A program made the position numbers and the translations under genes. Positions 38,012 through 52,850 of a stretch of DNA of 64,000 nt are shown in pieces. The notes beneath the pieces are model-generated. The model was not told where the DNA came from. It saw only the letters and a program-made list of their open reading frames with translations, and ran no database searches. This stretch comes from Octopus vulgaris (Eukaryota), in NCBI GenBank assembly GCA_951406725.2, contig OX597838.1:4278001-4342000 (forward strand), read 5' to 3'. The first letter of the stretch is position 1. The number at the start of each line of letters is the position of its first letter.

Positions 38012-39741
38012 GTGTGTGTGTCTGTGTGTGTGTGTGTGTGTAGTTGTTTGTATGCTTGTGTGTGTGTGTTTATATTCCCTGTCCCAGCCACTCTGCTACA
38101 CAGACATCTAAGAAGGCCAAGGCGAATGCATCAAGAAATTAGATCAAAGTTGTTGACCTTTAAAGGTGAAGCAAAAAGGTCAAGTGGGATATATGAGAAG
38201 AGACTGACCGCAGATGAAACAAACGCAAGAGACCATGTGGATCAAGCGATGTTGTTCGGATGCTGGATTAAATATCCTGCAGTATTTAGCCGTGGTCCTC
38301 ATATACAAAGTTCAAATCCCAACAACGTAGGGTTTACCTTCGATCCTTTTGGGGGTTGAAAAAATAAAATAACAGTTAAGTAAGATTTGAAATTTTGTAC
38401 TAATGGTAAAAATCATCATCATAGTTTAATATATCTCTGCAAATGGTTCTTAACCATTTCTTTTCTCCTGTAAACCCATTCGATTCCTATTTTACTCAGG
38501 GGTGGAGCAAGGACTCTCATAAGAATTCAATGTCTAAAAACTATTGTATTCTTAAGATTAAGATTAAATATTAGGAATTGTTTTAAATAATTTTTTTTAT
38601 TTGTTTCAGTCATTTGACTGTGGCCATGCTGGAGCACCAACCTTTAGTTGAAGAAACTGACCCCAGGACTTATTCTTTGTAAGCCTAGTACTTATTCAGT
38701 TGGTCTCTTTTGCTGAACCGCTAAGTTACGAGGGACATAAACACACCAACATCGGTCGTTAAGCGATGGTGGGTGGGGTGGGGACAAACACAGACACACA
38801 CACAAATATATATGACAGGCTTCTTTCAGTTTCCATCTTCTTAATCCACTCACAAGGCTTTGGTCAGCCGGAGTCTATAGTAGAAGACACTCACCCAGGG
38901 TGCAACAAGCTTCTTACCACACAACCATGCCTGCGCCTGTGTTCAAATATTTTATGTACTTCAGAAGCATAAACTCTAACAACAAAATCTTATGTGGACC
39001 TCAATTGGGAACCCCAAGTCTATGGTGACATGGACTGGACAGTAGAACAAAATCTGATTTGAGCTGCAATGCCTGTTGTGGTATCGTAGCCATTATGGGA
39101 TGCCTGTTCTATGCCAACCACCAGAGGGGGCACTGGATGCTTTGCAAGAGTGAGGTCACCAAGTAACTCTCAAAGACAACAGACCCTCAACTGAGAGGGG
39201 ATGAAGTATTGAGGGAGGTGGCTTTATGCACACACACACACACACACACTCACAAAGACGCACACACACACACATACAGACAGAGACACAGACACACTCA
39301 CACAGAGACACACATTCACATACACAGAGACACACTCATATATTCTAATGACCAGAACTACTTCAAAATACCTTCCTTGTATCTTTCCATCAGATAAAGG
39401 AAGTAGGAGGCTATTCCTCGCCACACGAAACAATGTCCTGTATTGTGGTAATGGCAACAAAACAGGAGTGTTTCCACATTTGCCTTTATCTCTACGCTTT
39501 CATATTTCTAACAATTAAAATAACACAGCATTGTCCTAGAATTGCCACACATCTAAATCAAGCTATTTCTTCCTGCCATTGTTATTTTATCCTCATCACC
39601 ATCATCGTTTAACGTCCGCTGACGGAGCCTCGTGGAGCTTTAGGTGTTTTCGCTCAATAAACTCAATGCTCGGTCTGGGAATTGAAACTGCGATCCTACA
39701 ACCACAAGTCCACTGCTCTAACCACTGGGCCATTGCGCCTC

Positions 39742-39781
<40 letters not shown>

Positions 39782-40075
39782 CCATCATCATCATTTAGTG
39801 TCTGTTTTCCATGCTGGTATGGGTGAGACGGTGGACTGGAACTAGTAAGCTGGACAAGGTTCCAGTTTGGTTTGGCTTGGTTTCTGCGACTGGTTGGCCT
39901 TCCTAATGCCAACCACTTTACAGAGTAGACAGGCTGATCTTTATAGGGAGCCAGCATTGGCAAGGTCTACCTTGGCGTGGTTTTTACAGCTGGATATCCT
40001 TTCTAATGCCAACCGTTTTATTTTACAGAGGGTACTGGGTCCTTTTTTGTGTGGCACCATTATTAATGCCTTTTA

Positions 40076-40395
40076 AGGGGAAGAGAGAGAGACAGAATGG
40101 AGAAGAGAGAGAGAGACAGAAGGGGAAGAGAGAGAGAGACAGAAGGGGAAGAGAGAGAGAGAGACAGAATGGAGAAGAGAGAGAGAGAGACAGAGACAGA
40201 AGAGGAAGAGAGAGAGACAGAAGGGGAAGAGAGAGAGAGACAGAAGGGGAAGAGTGATAGTGACAGAGAGAGAGAGAGAGAAGAGGAAGAGAGAGAGACA
40301 GAAGGGAAAGAAAGAGAGAGAGAGACAGAGACAGAAGGGGAAGAGTGACAGAGAGACAGACAGACAGACGGATAGACAGAGAGACAGCCAGACAC
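40076..40395. repeat. Purine-rich (GAGAGACAGAAGGGGAA)n repeat
   Basis: Direct reading. Confidence 0.95.
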
Positions 40396-43300
40396 AGATG
40401 TGTAACCTGTACAAGTTAAAGAGAAAACGAACTAGACATGGACCTATAAAAAGAGGCGGAGAAAATAATGACAGAGTGTGAGAGGGAATAAATCGAATGC
40501 AATCGATAATAGAAAAAATCGAATTTCCCATGATTTTGTCTAGCATCTTCCCCCCCACCCTCACCCCCTTGTTACATTAAGCAATCGTTACACAACATCT
40601 TCCTCTCTCTCTCTCTCTTTCCTGGTTTCATAACTTGTTACTCTCTTCTCTTTGAACATATTAAATGGTTTTCAAAAAGACTCGTACGCCTACACACACA
40701 AGCAAGCACACAGGCGCATATACACATACACATGCAAGCACACAGGCGCATACACACACACACAAGCAAGCACACAAACGCATATACACACACACACGCA
40801 TATACATACACACAAGCAAACACACAGACATACACATAACCATACACACACACACACGGATATACACATGGCCACACATACACGGATATACACATGACCA
40901 CACACACAGTAGACGCTCTTCTCTGCAATTATGTGCGGACAAATGCAATTAATAACAGGTGATTTATCTGTAAACATACACACAACTAACCCCCCCCCCC
41001 CGCCTCCACCCCAAGGCCAAACCGTCAAGACACACCATACCCGTGTCAAGTAGTCTTTTCAAGCGTTAAAAAACATATCAGATTCAATGGACTTCGTACT
41101 TTCAGTTTTGGGTTTTTTAAAAAATTTTTGCTGGTTTTAAACAATTTTTTACTTTACACACACACAGGTAATCAAGCACATACAAAAATGTGCGTATATT
41201 AATATATACACACACATATTATATACATACACGTTATATATATATATATATTAATATATACATGCACGTTCCGACATAAGCACAATCTACAACATCTAAT
41301 AGGTATTGAGTCCTTCGTTCTCTTTTGCTGAGCTGTTAAGTTATCAGGATGTAGCCACACCAACATTGGTTGCCAAGTGGTGTGTGTGTGTGGGGGGTCA
41401 AACACAGACACAAAGACACACACATTGTATGTGTGGGCTGAAGATTGCTCGACATTTTAAAACTGATGTAATACTTACAGTCTTTAATAAAATGAAGTAG
41501 CATGAAACGATTGTACCACAGAACCTCGGATATCCTTGTTGCTTATTATGACCCCAAAAGGATGAAAGACAAAGTTGAACCCGGTGGAATTCGAACCCAG
41601 AACATAGCGATGGGTGAAATACTGCTAAGCACTTTGTTCAGAATGCTAATGATTAAAAATGATTATAATAATGATTTCAAATTTTTGCCCCAAAGGCAGC
41701 TTGGGGAGTGGGAGGGGTTTGAGTAAATAACTAGTACTTAATCTATTGACCCCGAAATGATGACAGGCAAAGTTGGCCCCGGCGGAATCTGAATTCAGAA
41801 CAGAGCAATGGGTGAAATACTGCTAAACATTTTCATCCAGCATGTTAACAATTAATGATTTTTTTTATAATGATAATAATTAAAGGACACATTGAATAAT
41901 GTAGTCCTAGATACACCTAGGTGTGTATGAAATACAGAATAGTTAACGGCTGAAAGGTATATTTTTTTTGATGATAGGTCAGTGGTCTGTCAGTTTGATT
42001 GTGGTGAAAAAAAAAAAAAAAATCGGGAGCTAAGCAACAAAGGAATCCAAGAAACCTGATAAAAGGTCAGGTGGTGGCGTCTTGCTTGCCCCTGCCTCCC
42101 CAAACACTTTCTAACTGATTAATTAGTAAACAGGCATACAAAGGAATGACAAGCCGATCATTAAAAGACAATAAAACAATATCAACAAAAACAAAAAAAA
42201 AAAGCTCTTCCTTTCTCATAAAGTATAATTCACAGATGTCAAATGTAGACAAGATTTTAGTCTTAGATTTGGTCAAAGAATGGTCATCCAGCTAGAAATA
42301 GCAGCCACATCTTGATTAAATAAAACCATACAGTCTATAAGATGATATTGTCCTGGGCACACAGTGTGTGAATTATTAAAAATAACAAGGATCTTGTTTT
42401 CTTCCAACCACAAATCTTAATACTCTTTTACTTGTCTCAGTCATTTGACTGCGGCCATGCTGGAGCACCGCCTTAAGTCGAGCAAATTGACCTCAGGACT
42501 TATTCTTTGTAAGCCCAGCCCTTATTCTATCAGTCTCTTTTGCCGAATGGCTAAAGATACAGGGACGTAAACACACCAACATCGTTTGTCAAGCGATGTT
42601 GGGGGGATAAACACAGACACACAAATATACACACACACATATATATATATATATACACACACACACAGTTTCTGTCTACCAAATCCACTCACACGGCTTT
42701 GGTTGGCCTGAGGCTATAGAAGAAGACACTTGCCCAAGGTGCCATGCAGTGGGACTGAACCCAGAACCATGTGTTTTGTAAACAAGCTACTTACCACACA
42801 GCCACTCCTGCACCTAATGTGGAAATTTTCAAAAAATGTTCTTTTGATATAGTTTTGCATGCTGATGACTATTACAGTTCATCACCATCACCATTTAATG
42901 TCAGCTTTCCATGCTGGCATGGGTTGGATGGTTTGATAGGTTCTGGCTAGGCAGAAGACTGCACCAAGCTTCCCTGTGTGTTTTGGCACGGTGTTTATGG
43001 CTGGATGCTCTTCCTAACACCAACCACCCAACATCATCATCATCATCATCATCGTTTAACGTCCCTTTTTTCTGCGCTAGCACAGGTTGGACGGTTCGAC
43101 CGGGGTCTGGGAAGCCAGCGGCTGCACCAGGCTCCAGTCTGACCTGGCAGAGTTTCTACGGCTGGATGCCCTTCCTAGCGCCAACCACTCCGCAAGTGTA
43201 GTGGATGCTTTTTACGTGCCACCTGCACAGGTGCCGGTGGGGTCCGGCATCGGCCACGATCGGTTGGAGCTTTTAACGTGCCAGCAGCATGGAAGCCAGC

Positions 43301-43448
43301 CAAGGCGGTGCTGGCAACGTTCGGATGGTGCTTTTTATGTGCCACCGGCACAGAAGCCAGTTGGCGCGGCGATGGCATCGGCAGAGTGGAAAATTATAAT
43401 AAAGAAATTAGAAACATTTAAAGTTAGGTATTTTTAGCCGACGAATTT

Positions 43449-43674
43449 TAACCCTTTTGTTATTAACCCAGCTGGAACTGCCTCTGGCCCTGTAGTCCAA
43501 ATGTCATGTTTTCATAAGTTTTGAATTAAAATCTTCCACCAAACCTTAGTCACAATTTATGTTCCTAACACCAATTTAATGATAACTAAGTTATTTTACT
43601 AAATTCCTTGTTATATTTAAAATTAATTGAAAGAAACACAGCATCTCAAAATAAATACAGTAGCGAAAGGATTA
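43449..43674. mobile_element. TTAA-flanked MITE
   Basis: TTAACCCTTTTGTTA ... TAGCGAAAGGATTAA imperfect TIRs. Confidence 0.55.
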
Positions 43675-44139
43675 AGCCACCGTCCTCAGGGCAAAGTCAA
43701 AAACGCATGTTGTCATGACATTACTCTTTTACTTGTTTCAGTCATTTGACTGTGGCCATGCTGGAGCACCGCCTTTAGTCGAGCACATCGACTCCAGGAC
43801 TTATTCTTTGTAAGCCTAGTACTTATTCTATCAGTCTCTTTTGCTGAACCGCTAAGTTACGGGGACATAAACACACCAGCATCGGTTGTCAAGTGATGTT
43901 GGGGGGGGGACAAATACAGACACACAAACATACATCTATATATACATACGACGGGCTTCTTTCAGTTTCCATCCATCAAATCCACTCAAAAGGCTTTGGT
44001 CAGCCTGAGGCTATAGTAGAAGACACTTGCCCAAGGTGCCACACAGTGGGACTGAACCCAGAACCATGTAGTTCGTAAGCAAGCTACTTACCACACAGCC
44101 ACTCCTACGCCTGTGTATACTGGAAACATAGGAGACGAT

Positions 44140-44670
44140 GCCAAGAGTCTGTGCTTGTTAGAAAAGGCACATGGTTGACAAGTGGGGACCTTCCCACTCA
44201 GAAATGTAATTCTATTTATGACAAGTTTTGTAAAGAATTAGGAACTGGTGCAACTGCAGCAGCAGATTACAATTATTTACAGGAGAATTGTGCAGAGGAT
44301 TTTTTCCTTCTTGAAATCATAATGCATTGAATGCATTCGTCAATCAATTCTGCCGAGAACAACTATTTATAGTAACCTGTGGCATGCACACTCGCATATT
44401 CCTGAAATACCAGGATATAAATTTCACCATAGAGTGGTGAACCACAGCGTTGGGTTTGTAAACCTGCAAAAGGGGACCTATATTCAACAAATAGAGAGCA
44501 CTGGACCCATGCTTAAGCAAAGGAATAAATGATGGAAAGATGTAGCACGAAAGTTGCGAGTGGATGATACCACATAAATGTAAAACTAGATGAAACCAAA
44601 GTATCAGTGGGGAGGCGGGGCTCGTGGAGTCCGAGCTAAACCCGCTCCCACTCCATCCGTAATGTCTTCC
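44140..44670 (+). mobile_element. Merlin / IS1595(ISXO2)-like transposase relic
   Basis: 44332-44532 translates CIRQSILPRTTIYSNLWHAH...YKFHHRVVNHSVGFVNLQKGTYIQQIES, matching the Merlin I.PGT.I.SD.W.AY...H..VNHS..FV....G..TQ.IE pattern. Confidence 0.8.
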
Positions 44671-44857
44671 GGTCTGTTCTTCATTCGATTTTTTGCTATT
44701 TTGTCATTTTTAAATTCACCTTTTGTGTAATCCCATCCGATAATCTGACCCCACATCAGGTTGTATTGTCCCCTCTATGTTCGCCCCTTGTGGGTAATAA
44801 TAAAACAATTCTACAATGGACTTGTATCTCCACAAGTTTATGTGGCACTATGTATAA

Positions 44858-44978
44858 AAGAAGCTTGAGAAGCGGTTGGATGGAACTTACACTCGCCTCC
44901 TTATGAGAGCTCAAAATTCCTTGTGGAAGCGTCATCCAACTAAAATGCAAATATAAGGGAAACTACCACCTGTATCGT
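44858..44978 (+). mobile_element. RTE/RTE-X LINE ORF2 fragment
   Basis: KKLEKRLDGTYTRLLMRAQNSLWKRHPTKMQI*GKLPPVS, typical of the post-RT region of RTE-clade LINEs. Confidence 0.7.
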
Positions 44979-45782
44979 TCCACTAAAGCTCAAGGCGGTG
45001 CTCCAGCATGGCCGGAGTCTAATGACAGAAGCAAGTAAAAGATAAAAAAGATAGGCCTGCTCAGTTGAGGGATGACTCAGGGTTAAACATAATCACCTCT
45101 GGCGGTTGCTCAAATCGCCAAAGAGAGACCAGAAACCAGCTTTCCCCCAAAAAGAACACTTCAGATGGCATAGTCCAAGATACACAATGCTTAAACCACA
45201 CCGATATCGACACCATGGCTAGCGACCCGATAGGCAAAGAAACAACAGCCAAAGGTCAGTAGTGAAATAGACAACGGCCAATTTCAGTCATGTGACCAGC
45301 CAACAAGCCCCCAGTTAATACAGCAGCCCTACGGTGGAAGAGTCCAGCCGTGATCATTCCACCTGTTTAGAAGACATTAAAGACTTCGTTATCCGTTAGT
45401 TTCCCCACCGCCTCCTAGATTGTCACACCATATAACTTGTGTGTGTGCACACGGACGTCTACGAGCATATGCTAATGTGCGCGTGCTTGGACAACCTCTA
45501 CACATATGCAAAGCATATATACACCTTTGTACGCGAGTGCACACATGCACAAACACAAACACACGCAACCCTTTGGCTCGCTAGCTCCTGTCAAACCGTC
45601 CGACCCTTGCAAGCATGGAAAACGGACGTTAATTGATAAGATTATACATACGTACATACATCGCATGCATATCTATGTGTGCACGTATAATTTGCAAGTG
45701 TAGAAGTATCGTCAGAGCAGATTGCGTACGCGCGCGCGCGCAAGTGTATGCATTACGCTCGAATGATATCTTGATCTTCATG

Positions 45783-45819
<37 letters not shown>

Positions 45820-48361
45820 ATATGCATATTTATAATTATGTATATATCAGCACTAATGCACCAGCATTTCCAGCAACACGTCTGTATCTATCGAAATTAT
45901 ACATTTTTCCGTCGAGGGCTTTATATGCCCCCCCAATATTAGACGATTTTTCTTCAGCCAATACAATGATCGCTTGTAAGCTTTAAGCTTATAATAATAA
46001 TTATTTGCAGAATTGTCACTCGTCACCGCTTCTTCATTTAACACATACACACACATACACAATGTGCTTTTTGTGGCTGTAAGGGTCTTTGACTCTTGTT
46101 TCTAGTAATGTACCCTCAGTCACTATTAGAGACAATTGGATTTTTTTTCCTTTTTGTTTTTATATTGTCTAGACACCTTCGTTATTGTGTGTGTGTGTGT
46201 GTGTGTGCTAAGCAGGATTTTGAAGAAGGATGCCCCTCCATCACTCTCGTACACAACGCACACACAGAGTTCTGGTACAAACACCAAAAATTCCACGAAA
46301 TTAATGAGATGTCGGGCAACGACAAATTACAAAGGAATGTAGTTACATATGACAACAAAAGGAAGGTGCTTGCCATGGTTACAATAGCAGTGAGGGACGG
46401 TTTTGTTGGGACAAATAAGCGAGACGAGAGGAGGGGTTTCTAACACGGGTAGCATGCGAGAAAGGAGTTGTGTGACGGATGGACACCACCAAAAACACAC
46501 CAAGATCCAACAGGTGGCAACAACCTATCTTAAACTTAGTGCCATCGTATGGTTATTACACACACACACATATATATATATATGGTGCGCTTTGTGCACA
46601 ATTTTATTGTTGAAGTTTCGGTTTTTATTGTAAATCATGTTATATCCCTTTGGTGTGTGGTCACGCACAGTGTTAAGCGGTTTAAGGAGGGCTACAACGA
46701 ATTATCGACGAGTAAGTCGCTCCAGTTATCTTATCTATCTAACCAAATGGTTCCGGGTTCAGTCCCACTGCGTGACACCTCGGGCAAGTGTCTTCTGCTT
46801 ATAGCCTCGGGCAGACCGAAGCCTTCTGAGTGGATTTGGTAGACGGAAACTGAAAGAAGCCTGTCGTATGTGCGTGCGCGCGCGCGTTTGCCTTTTCCCC
46901 CCCATACCGCTAGGTAACCGGTGTTGGTGTGGTTACGTCCACGTGACGTAGCGGTTCGGCAAGAGATCGATAGAATAAGTACGAGGCTTTGAAAAAAAAA
47001 AAAAAATGTACTGGGGTTGAGATTCATTTGAGTAAAAATTCAGTGCAGTGCCCCAGTATGGCCGCAGTCAGATGACTAAAACAAGCAAAAGACAATATAT
47101 ATATATATATATACACATATACATATATGTGTGTGTGTGTGTGTCTGTGTGTGGATAGCACGGTATGTGACAGTCGTCTGAAATGATATTAGCAGCATAA
47201 ATTAAAAATGAGATTTTCTTTCTTCAGGGCCGTTGTTAGGATAATAATGATGGAACGAGGCAGAAAACGGGGACTAGATTACATCACAGCAAACACGTTT
47301 ACGCGCATGCATGTGTGCCAAGGTAGACACACAAACACACACACCTATATAAATTATGTCGCACGTATGTTTGTGCGTGTCTATGTAGTGCACCTGAGCA
47401 CTGTCTGTATACAATAAGCTAATTATACATATATAAATATACATGTAAAATAAATAAAAAAGGACGCCCCTCTCCCGCACTTCACACATCTCTTTCAAAG
47501 TACTTTTTAATATCGGTCAGCTCATGCCGTTATCTATCTATTTACCTACCTACCTACCTATAATTACTATTCACAACATAGCGCAAATCAGAAGAAATTA
47601 AATTAAAAAAAAATATTGCGAAGCCTTGCTGTGGGCTAAATAACAATGTAAGCACATTCTTTCTCCGCTTGGTGTTGTGTAGAGAAAAGCGGTGGTGGGG
47701 AGGGGGAGCTCTGCTGGCCAACTATTTTACTGTTTGTTGACCACCACTCAACATAGCTTTGTTATATATCTTTTCTCTCTCTCTCACACACGTTCACTGT
47801 TGGAAAAGAAAAAAGAAAGAGTGCTCAATACCATAGTAGAGTTTAATAAATGGTATACGTTATGACTTGCCTGAAGACCCTATCTACCCACAAGCAAAAC
47901 TGAAAAGCGAAAGATTGACGCGACCGAAATAAATTATACATACATATATATATATACATACACACACACACATATATATATACATACACACACACACATA
48001 TATATATACACATATATATATATACACACACACACATATATATATATATACACACACACATATATATACACACACACATATATATACACACACACATATA
48101 TATACACACACACACATATACACACACACACATATATATACACACACACACATATATACACACACACATATATATACACACACACACATATATACAGACA
48201 CACACATATACACAGACACACACACATATACACAGACACACACATATACACATACACACACATATACACAGACACACACATATATATACACACACACACA
48301 CATATATACACACACACACATATATACACACACACACATATATACACACACACACATATAT

Positions 48362-48393
<32 letters not shown>

Positions 48394-50634
48394 GCAAACA
48401 CACACATATTATATAACATCCCATTTAACAAACCATACAATGGCCAGGCCACCTACAACTGTACTTTTAGAGAGAACTACCATTTACCATTCATACATTT
48501 TTAAATTGTGTGTCCATGTGTGTAGATGTTCTTGCGCGTGTGTACGCGCGCGAATTTATATTCCTCTGTGTGTGTGTGTGTGTGTGTGTGTATGTATAGA
48601 ACAACCATTATAAGCATTCCTCAACTGATCTTTTATCGACCTCTTTGTGATTTAAAATCCTAAAACATCGAATTCCTTCCCCGTGCTGTGTCAGTGTTTA
48701 AATATATGTCATAATCTGGCCTCAGACCAATTATTTGTATGTTCATACCGTTATTCTATTCTATATATATAGATATATAGATATGTCCGTATGAATATCG
48801 TAATTTCTATATCAAATCCATAATGTTTCACATACGATTGGTAGAATGAAATTTGGTAAAAGAACGGTATTTTAAGCACAGAACAACGATCAAACATATT
48901 CCAGCCACGACCATCTCGTCTTTTTGGCTTGTCAAACGTGTCTTTTTTTCCCCCTGTTTTGTTTTGTTTTGTTCAGACGGTAGAGTTTACAATTCAGGAA
49001 AATTTGGCTGAAATTTCTAACGGGTCGAGAGACTGCTAGAGGAAACTTGTTGCTGCAGTTTGCTCTCAAGTCAACCAAGATCACGCAGAACTATAATCAG
49101 ACGTACCAAGCGTGACCATTCCGACTTTATTGATCATCGTATGTAGAGGTTAACTGTTGCAGCTGCTTATTTAGTCTCAAGTCAACCAAGATCGTGCAGC
49201 ACTATAATAAAAAAAAACGCGCCAACTATGACCATTCCGACTTTATTAAACGCAGTACCTAGGATTACATTATCCAATGTAATTGATTAGGGAGTGGGGA
49301 TCGGATGCTATTTCTAACAGGTCGAGGGGCCACTGACATCAACACAATGCACATACATACAAGTGTGTGGATATATACACACACTATACACACACCATAC
49401 ATACACAATGTATGCACACAACATATTTGAGTATCTCGATCGAGAGTATAATATGCCACCCGCTTTATCTATCTGAAATTTAGTAATATACTTTATTACC
49501 CTTGAGTATAATGTTACCCTCAAATTTACCCAGATATTTAAATGCTTCAAGTGTTCCTGTAGCACAGAGTCGGAAATTATCGACTTCATCAGAAGCTGTA
49601 ATTTCTTCAGAGATTCATGCTTTAAGCACCCCCCCTCTCTCTCTCCCCCCTTTTTGCGGGATTATAATGAACGATGCTTAAAACATACACATCCGAAGAA
49701 TTTGCGGTTTTGGGGCGTAATTAGATTAACTTCCAACTCTATTCTACAGAAGAAAATAAACCCCAATACACTTCGATACGGGATTCATTCGCAATATATA
49801 TACATACGTATACTATACACAAACACGTGTGTGTGTGTGTGTTTGTAGACAAGAATTAGAAAAACAAGGAGCAGAGTTGAAGAAAAAAACCCCAAATAGA
49901 AGGGAAAATAGACACATCTCCCATGACAAACATTATTACACTAATAAACAACTTCGTGTAACAATGCGATTACACGAGCAGCTAGAAATAGCAGCCAACC
50001 TTCCTTCAAGTTACACTATACTGTCTTAGGTAAACGGATACATTGCATAATATAATATATATACATATATACACACACACAAAACCACGATTTTAGTCAT
50101 GGTATAAGCACTTTTGATCATATAAGCATGCAAGATTAGAGATGACCTCGGGTCAAGCAACATAATTAGTGCTAGTAATTTAGTCATTGTTAGTTAATAA
50201 CAAACGGTTTCTCAGTCACAACATTGGTTTTTCCCATCTATTACAGGTGACAAATAGGGAAAAATGAACTTCCATGTTCTTACTTTGCTAAAATCTTCAG
50301 GTACGGAAGTGAAATGGAAAATAATGGTTCTTGTATTTTACCAGCAAGGATTCGAAGCCAGGATGAATAGCAGAGATGGGAACCACTAATCCCTATCTTT
50401 AAGCATTATTATTGTCATATATTATTAAAAGAATAACAGTAACATTTTCTTTTCGCTAATCACAAGGCGGATTTTTGAGGGTAGAGGCCACAATGAAACG
50501 AAAAGTCCTCATATTTTTATTTTACTATTACTGAATATTTCCGTGCTTTAAACCAATTAGTAAAATGCTGAACCGTTATTTATGTATTATCTGTAATAAT
50601 TAGTGCTAAAAAGACACATATAAAGGTATACCTA

Positions 50635-51170
50635 TATAAATGTGCCCCCTTGACTTTGTTCCTCATAACTCCCAGAAAGATGGATATCTTTTAGTGATTT
50701 TTTTTATATAAATACGTTCCAGATGGTATAGATTACAATTATATCGGAATTTGTTGTGGAAAAAGAAAAAAAATTGGTTAGCATGTACACATAACAAATT
50801 CTTTCGGAATTTCAAGTGTCATTTTTGTATAAATATGCGAGGTGTCAGTTTGCATGTGTACGAGTCCATTAGGGTTTTTTTCCATAGTAAATTCCGATAT
50901 AATTATAATCTTCACAATCTAAAATGTGTTTAAAGAAAATCTCATGAAAAAATATCCATTTTTTAAAAAGTTATGAGGAAACAAAGCCAACTCGTGTGAA
51001 TTTTTGTTGAGACTCCTCTCCCCATCCACGGGGGAATAAAATTCAAAACAGATTCCAATATAATCGGAATCTACCCCACCTGAAGCATTCTTGTAGAAAA
51101 TTTCACTAAAAAACATCCAGTCTTTTGGAAGTTATGCGGAAACAAAGTGAGCGGGGCACACATGTGTAGA
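50635..51170. mobile_element. Old inverted-repeat DNA element (MITE-like)
   Basis: TGTGCCCCCTTGACTTTGTTCCTCATAACT left end versus AGTTATGCGGAAACAAAGTGAGCGGGGCACA right end, with an internal duplicated arm; related end at ~62970-63045. Confidence 0.6.
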
Positions 51171-52020
51171 TATGCTTATATAAAAATGTTAATTTACGGA
51201 TAAAATAAAGTCATGGAGTTGGTGAATAGAATTTGGAAATACGGCTTTAAAATATTGTTACTGTATACAACCAATGCCTCGAAAATATATTATGAATTTA
51301 ATTTTGAACATTAATTATTGTTTAAATTGATCTTTGACATGGATTTATGAACAAGGAATCAGTCAAGTTGTAATTGTGTTTTTAATTACACGCACTATTG
51401 CAATATAATTAACGTTTTAATTTAATTTAAAGCAAAAGTTCTTTAGGTTGACTTCCAACTGGTTCTGGGAATTTATCAAATCCAGACGGATGGAATTCAG
51501 TCAAAGACAACCGAAAGTTAGCCTCGTCAACTGAGAATCCAGAGAAGCAGAAAACAACATGATTTGTTTTGACTAAGCACAGACACACCTTCCCTTATTC
51601 GGAAAAAAAACGGTAGACGTTTCGTATGGAATTAATGGAAACTTGGTGTATTTCAAGGACACGGAATTTGTTTTACTCATTGTCCAACCCCGAATGGAGT
51701 GTAATCCAAAAAACCCCGACCCTAATCAAATTTGAATGAGACGAAAATAAATCACTGTAAAAGCATATGTGTTGCTGGGGGTAGGTTTGCTTTCATTCAA
51801 CCAAGGACTAGAGTAATTTCGTCAGAAAAAACAAAAAAAGGGGGTAAGAAAAAGGAAAGACAAAATTCGGAGGTCATGTGTAACCGAGTAGATAACTGGT
51901 ACCAAATTCAGAGCCCCACGACGAAGAGAAAAACAAAGACGAGTGTGGATTTGTTAGGAGAGAGAGCAACAGGGTCTGAAATGTGATTCTTCAATTAAGA
52001 AAGTACCTGCTTCTACTTAC

Positions 52021-52201
52021 TGGATATATTTAAGGCGGGGTACTCCCTCGTTCGTTCTGCGGCGATACTGGTCAGCATACGTTGTAAAGACGTCTGTTCC
52101 ACACACGTTGGTAGGGTTATTTGCTCGCCACTGTCCGAATATTCGTCAGAAGCGTCGTTATTCGCATCTTCCTCCACCCTCTCTTCCTCATCGTCAGCCA
52201 T
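52021..52201 (-). CDS. KIAA0930: KIAA0930 homolog, coding exon 1 (MADDEEERVE...LQRMLTSIAAERTREYPALNIS)
   Basis: ATG at 52201 in AAAGATGG context; MLTSIAAER resembles the human N-terminus MLRAIAEER; donor A|GTAAGT; 181 nt, phase 1. Confidence 0.85.
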
Positions 52202-52247
52202 CTTTGCTGCACCGACCACTCGCGAGGGGGCGCTGCCACCTATGGTT
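52197..52247 (-). promoter_or_regulatory. GC-rich 5' region with YY1-like (AAGATGGC over the ATG), CTCGCGAG and CTCF-like motifs
   Basis: GCCATCTT at 52197-52204; TCGCGAGGGGGCGC (+) and CCATAGGTGGCAGC (-) overlapping. Confidence 0.4.
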
Positions 52248-52435
52248 GCAATGTGTGTGTGTGCGATACTCCTGTAAGGGTGCGAGCACATCGTTTATAA
52301 CATGTATGTGTGTGTGTGCGTATGTATATATTTATATGTGTGTGCAACATGTGTAGAGTGCATGTGTGTGTGTGTATATACATATATAAATGGAGTGTCT
52401 GCGTAGACGTGTGTGTATGTTTATGTCTCTCTCTC

Positions 52436-52491
52436 TATATATATATATGTAATATATATATATATATATATATATATTACATATAAATAAT

Positions 52492-52544
<53 letters not shown>

Positions 52545-52656
52545 CATATAAATAATGTATATATATATATATATGTGTATATATATATATATATATTACA
52601 TATAAATAATGTATATATATATATGTGTATATATATATATATATTACATATAAATA

Positions 52657-52696
<40 letters not shown>

Positions 52697-52706
52697 CATA
52701 TAAATA

Positions 52707-52744
<38 letters not shown>

Positions 52745-52850
52745 CATATAAATAATGTATATATATATATATATATTACATATAAATAATGTATATATAT
52801 ATATATATATTAGAATATATTACATATATAAATAACATATAATATACATT
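52436..52850. repeat. (TA)n-TTACATATAAATAATG higher-order AT satellite upstream of the first coding exon
   Basis: Repeated 16-bp spacer between (TA)n runs. Confidence 0.92.

Noticed and set aside
49543-49596. Minus-strand GCTT-CTGATGA-AGTCG..CGACT hammerhead-like motif
   Set aside because: GAAA does not follow stem II (11-nt insertion, GGAAC); too non-canonical
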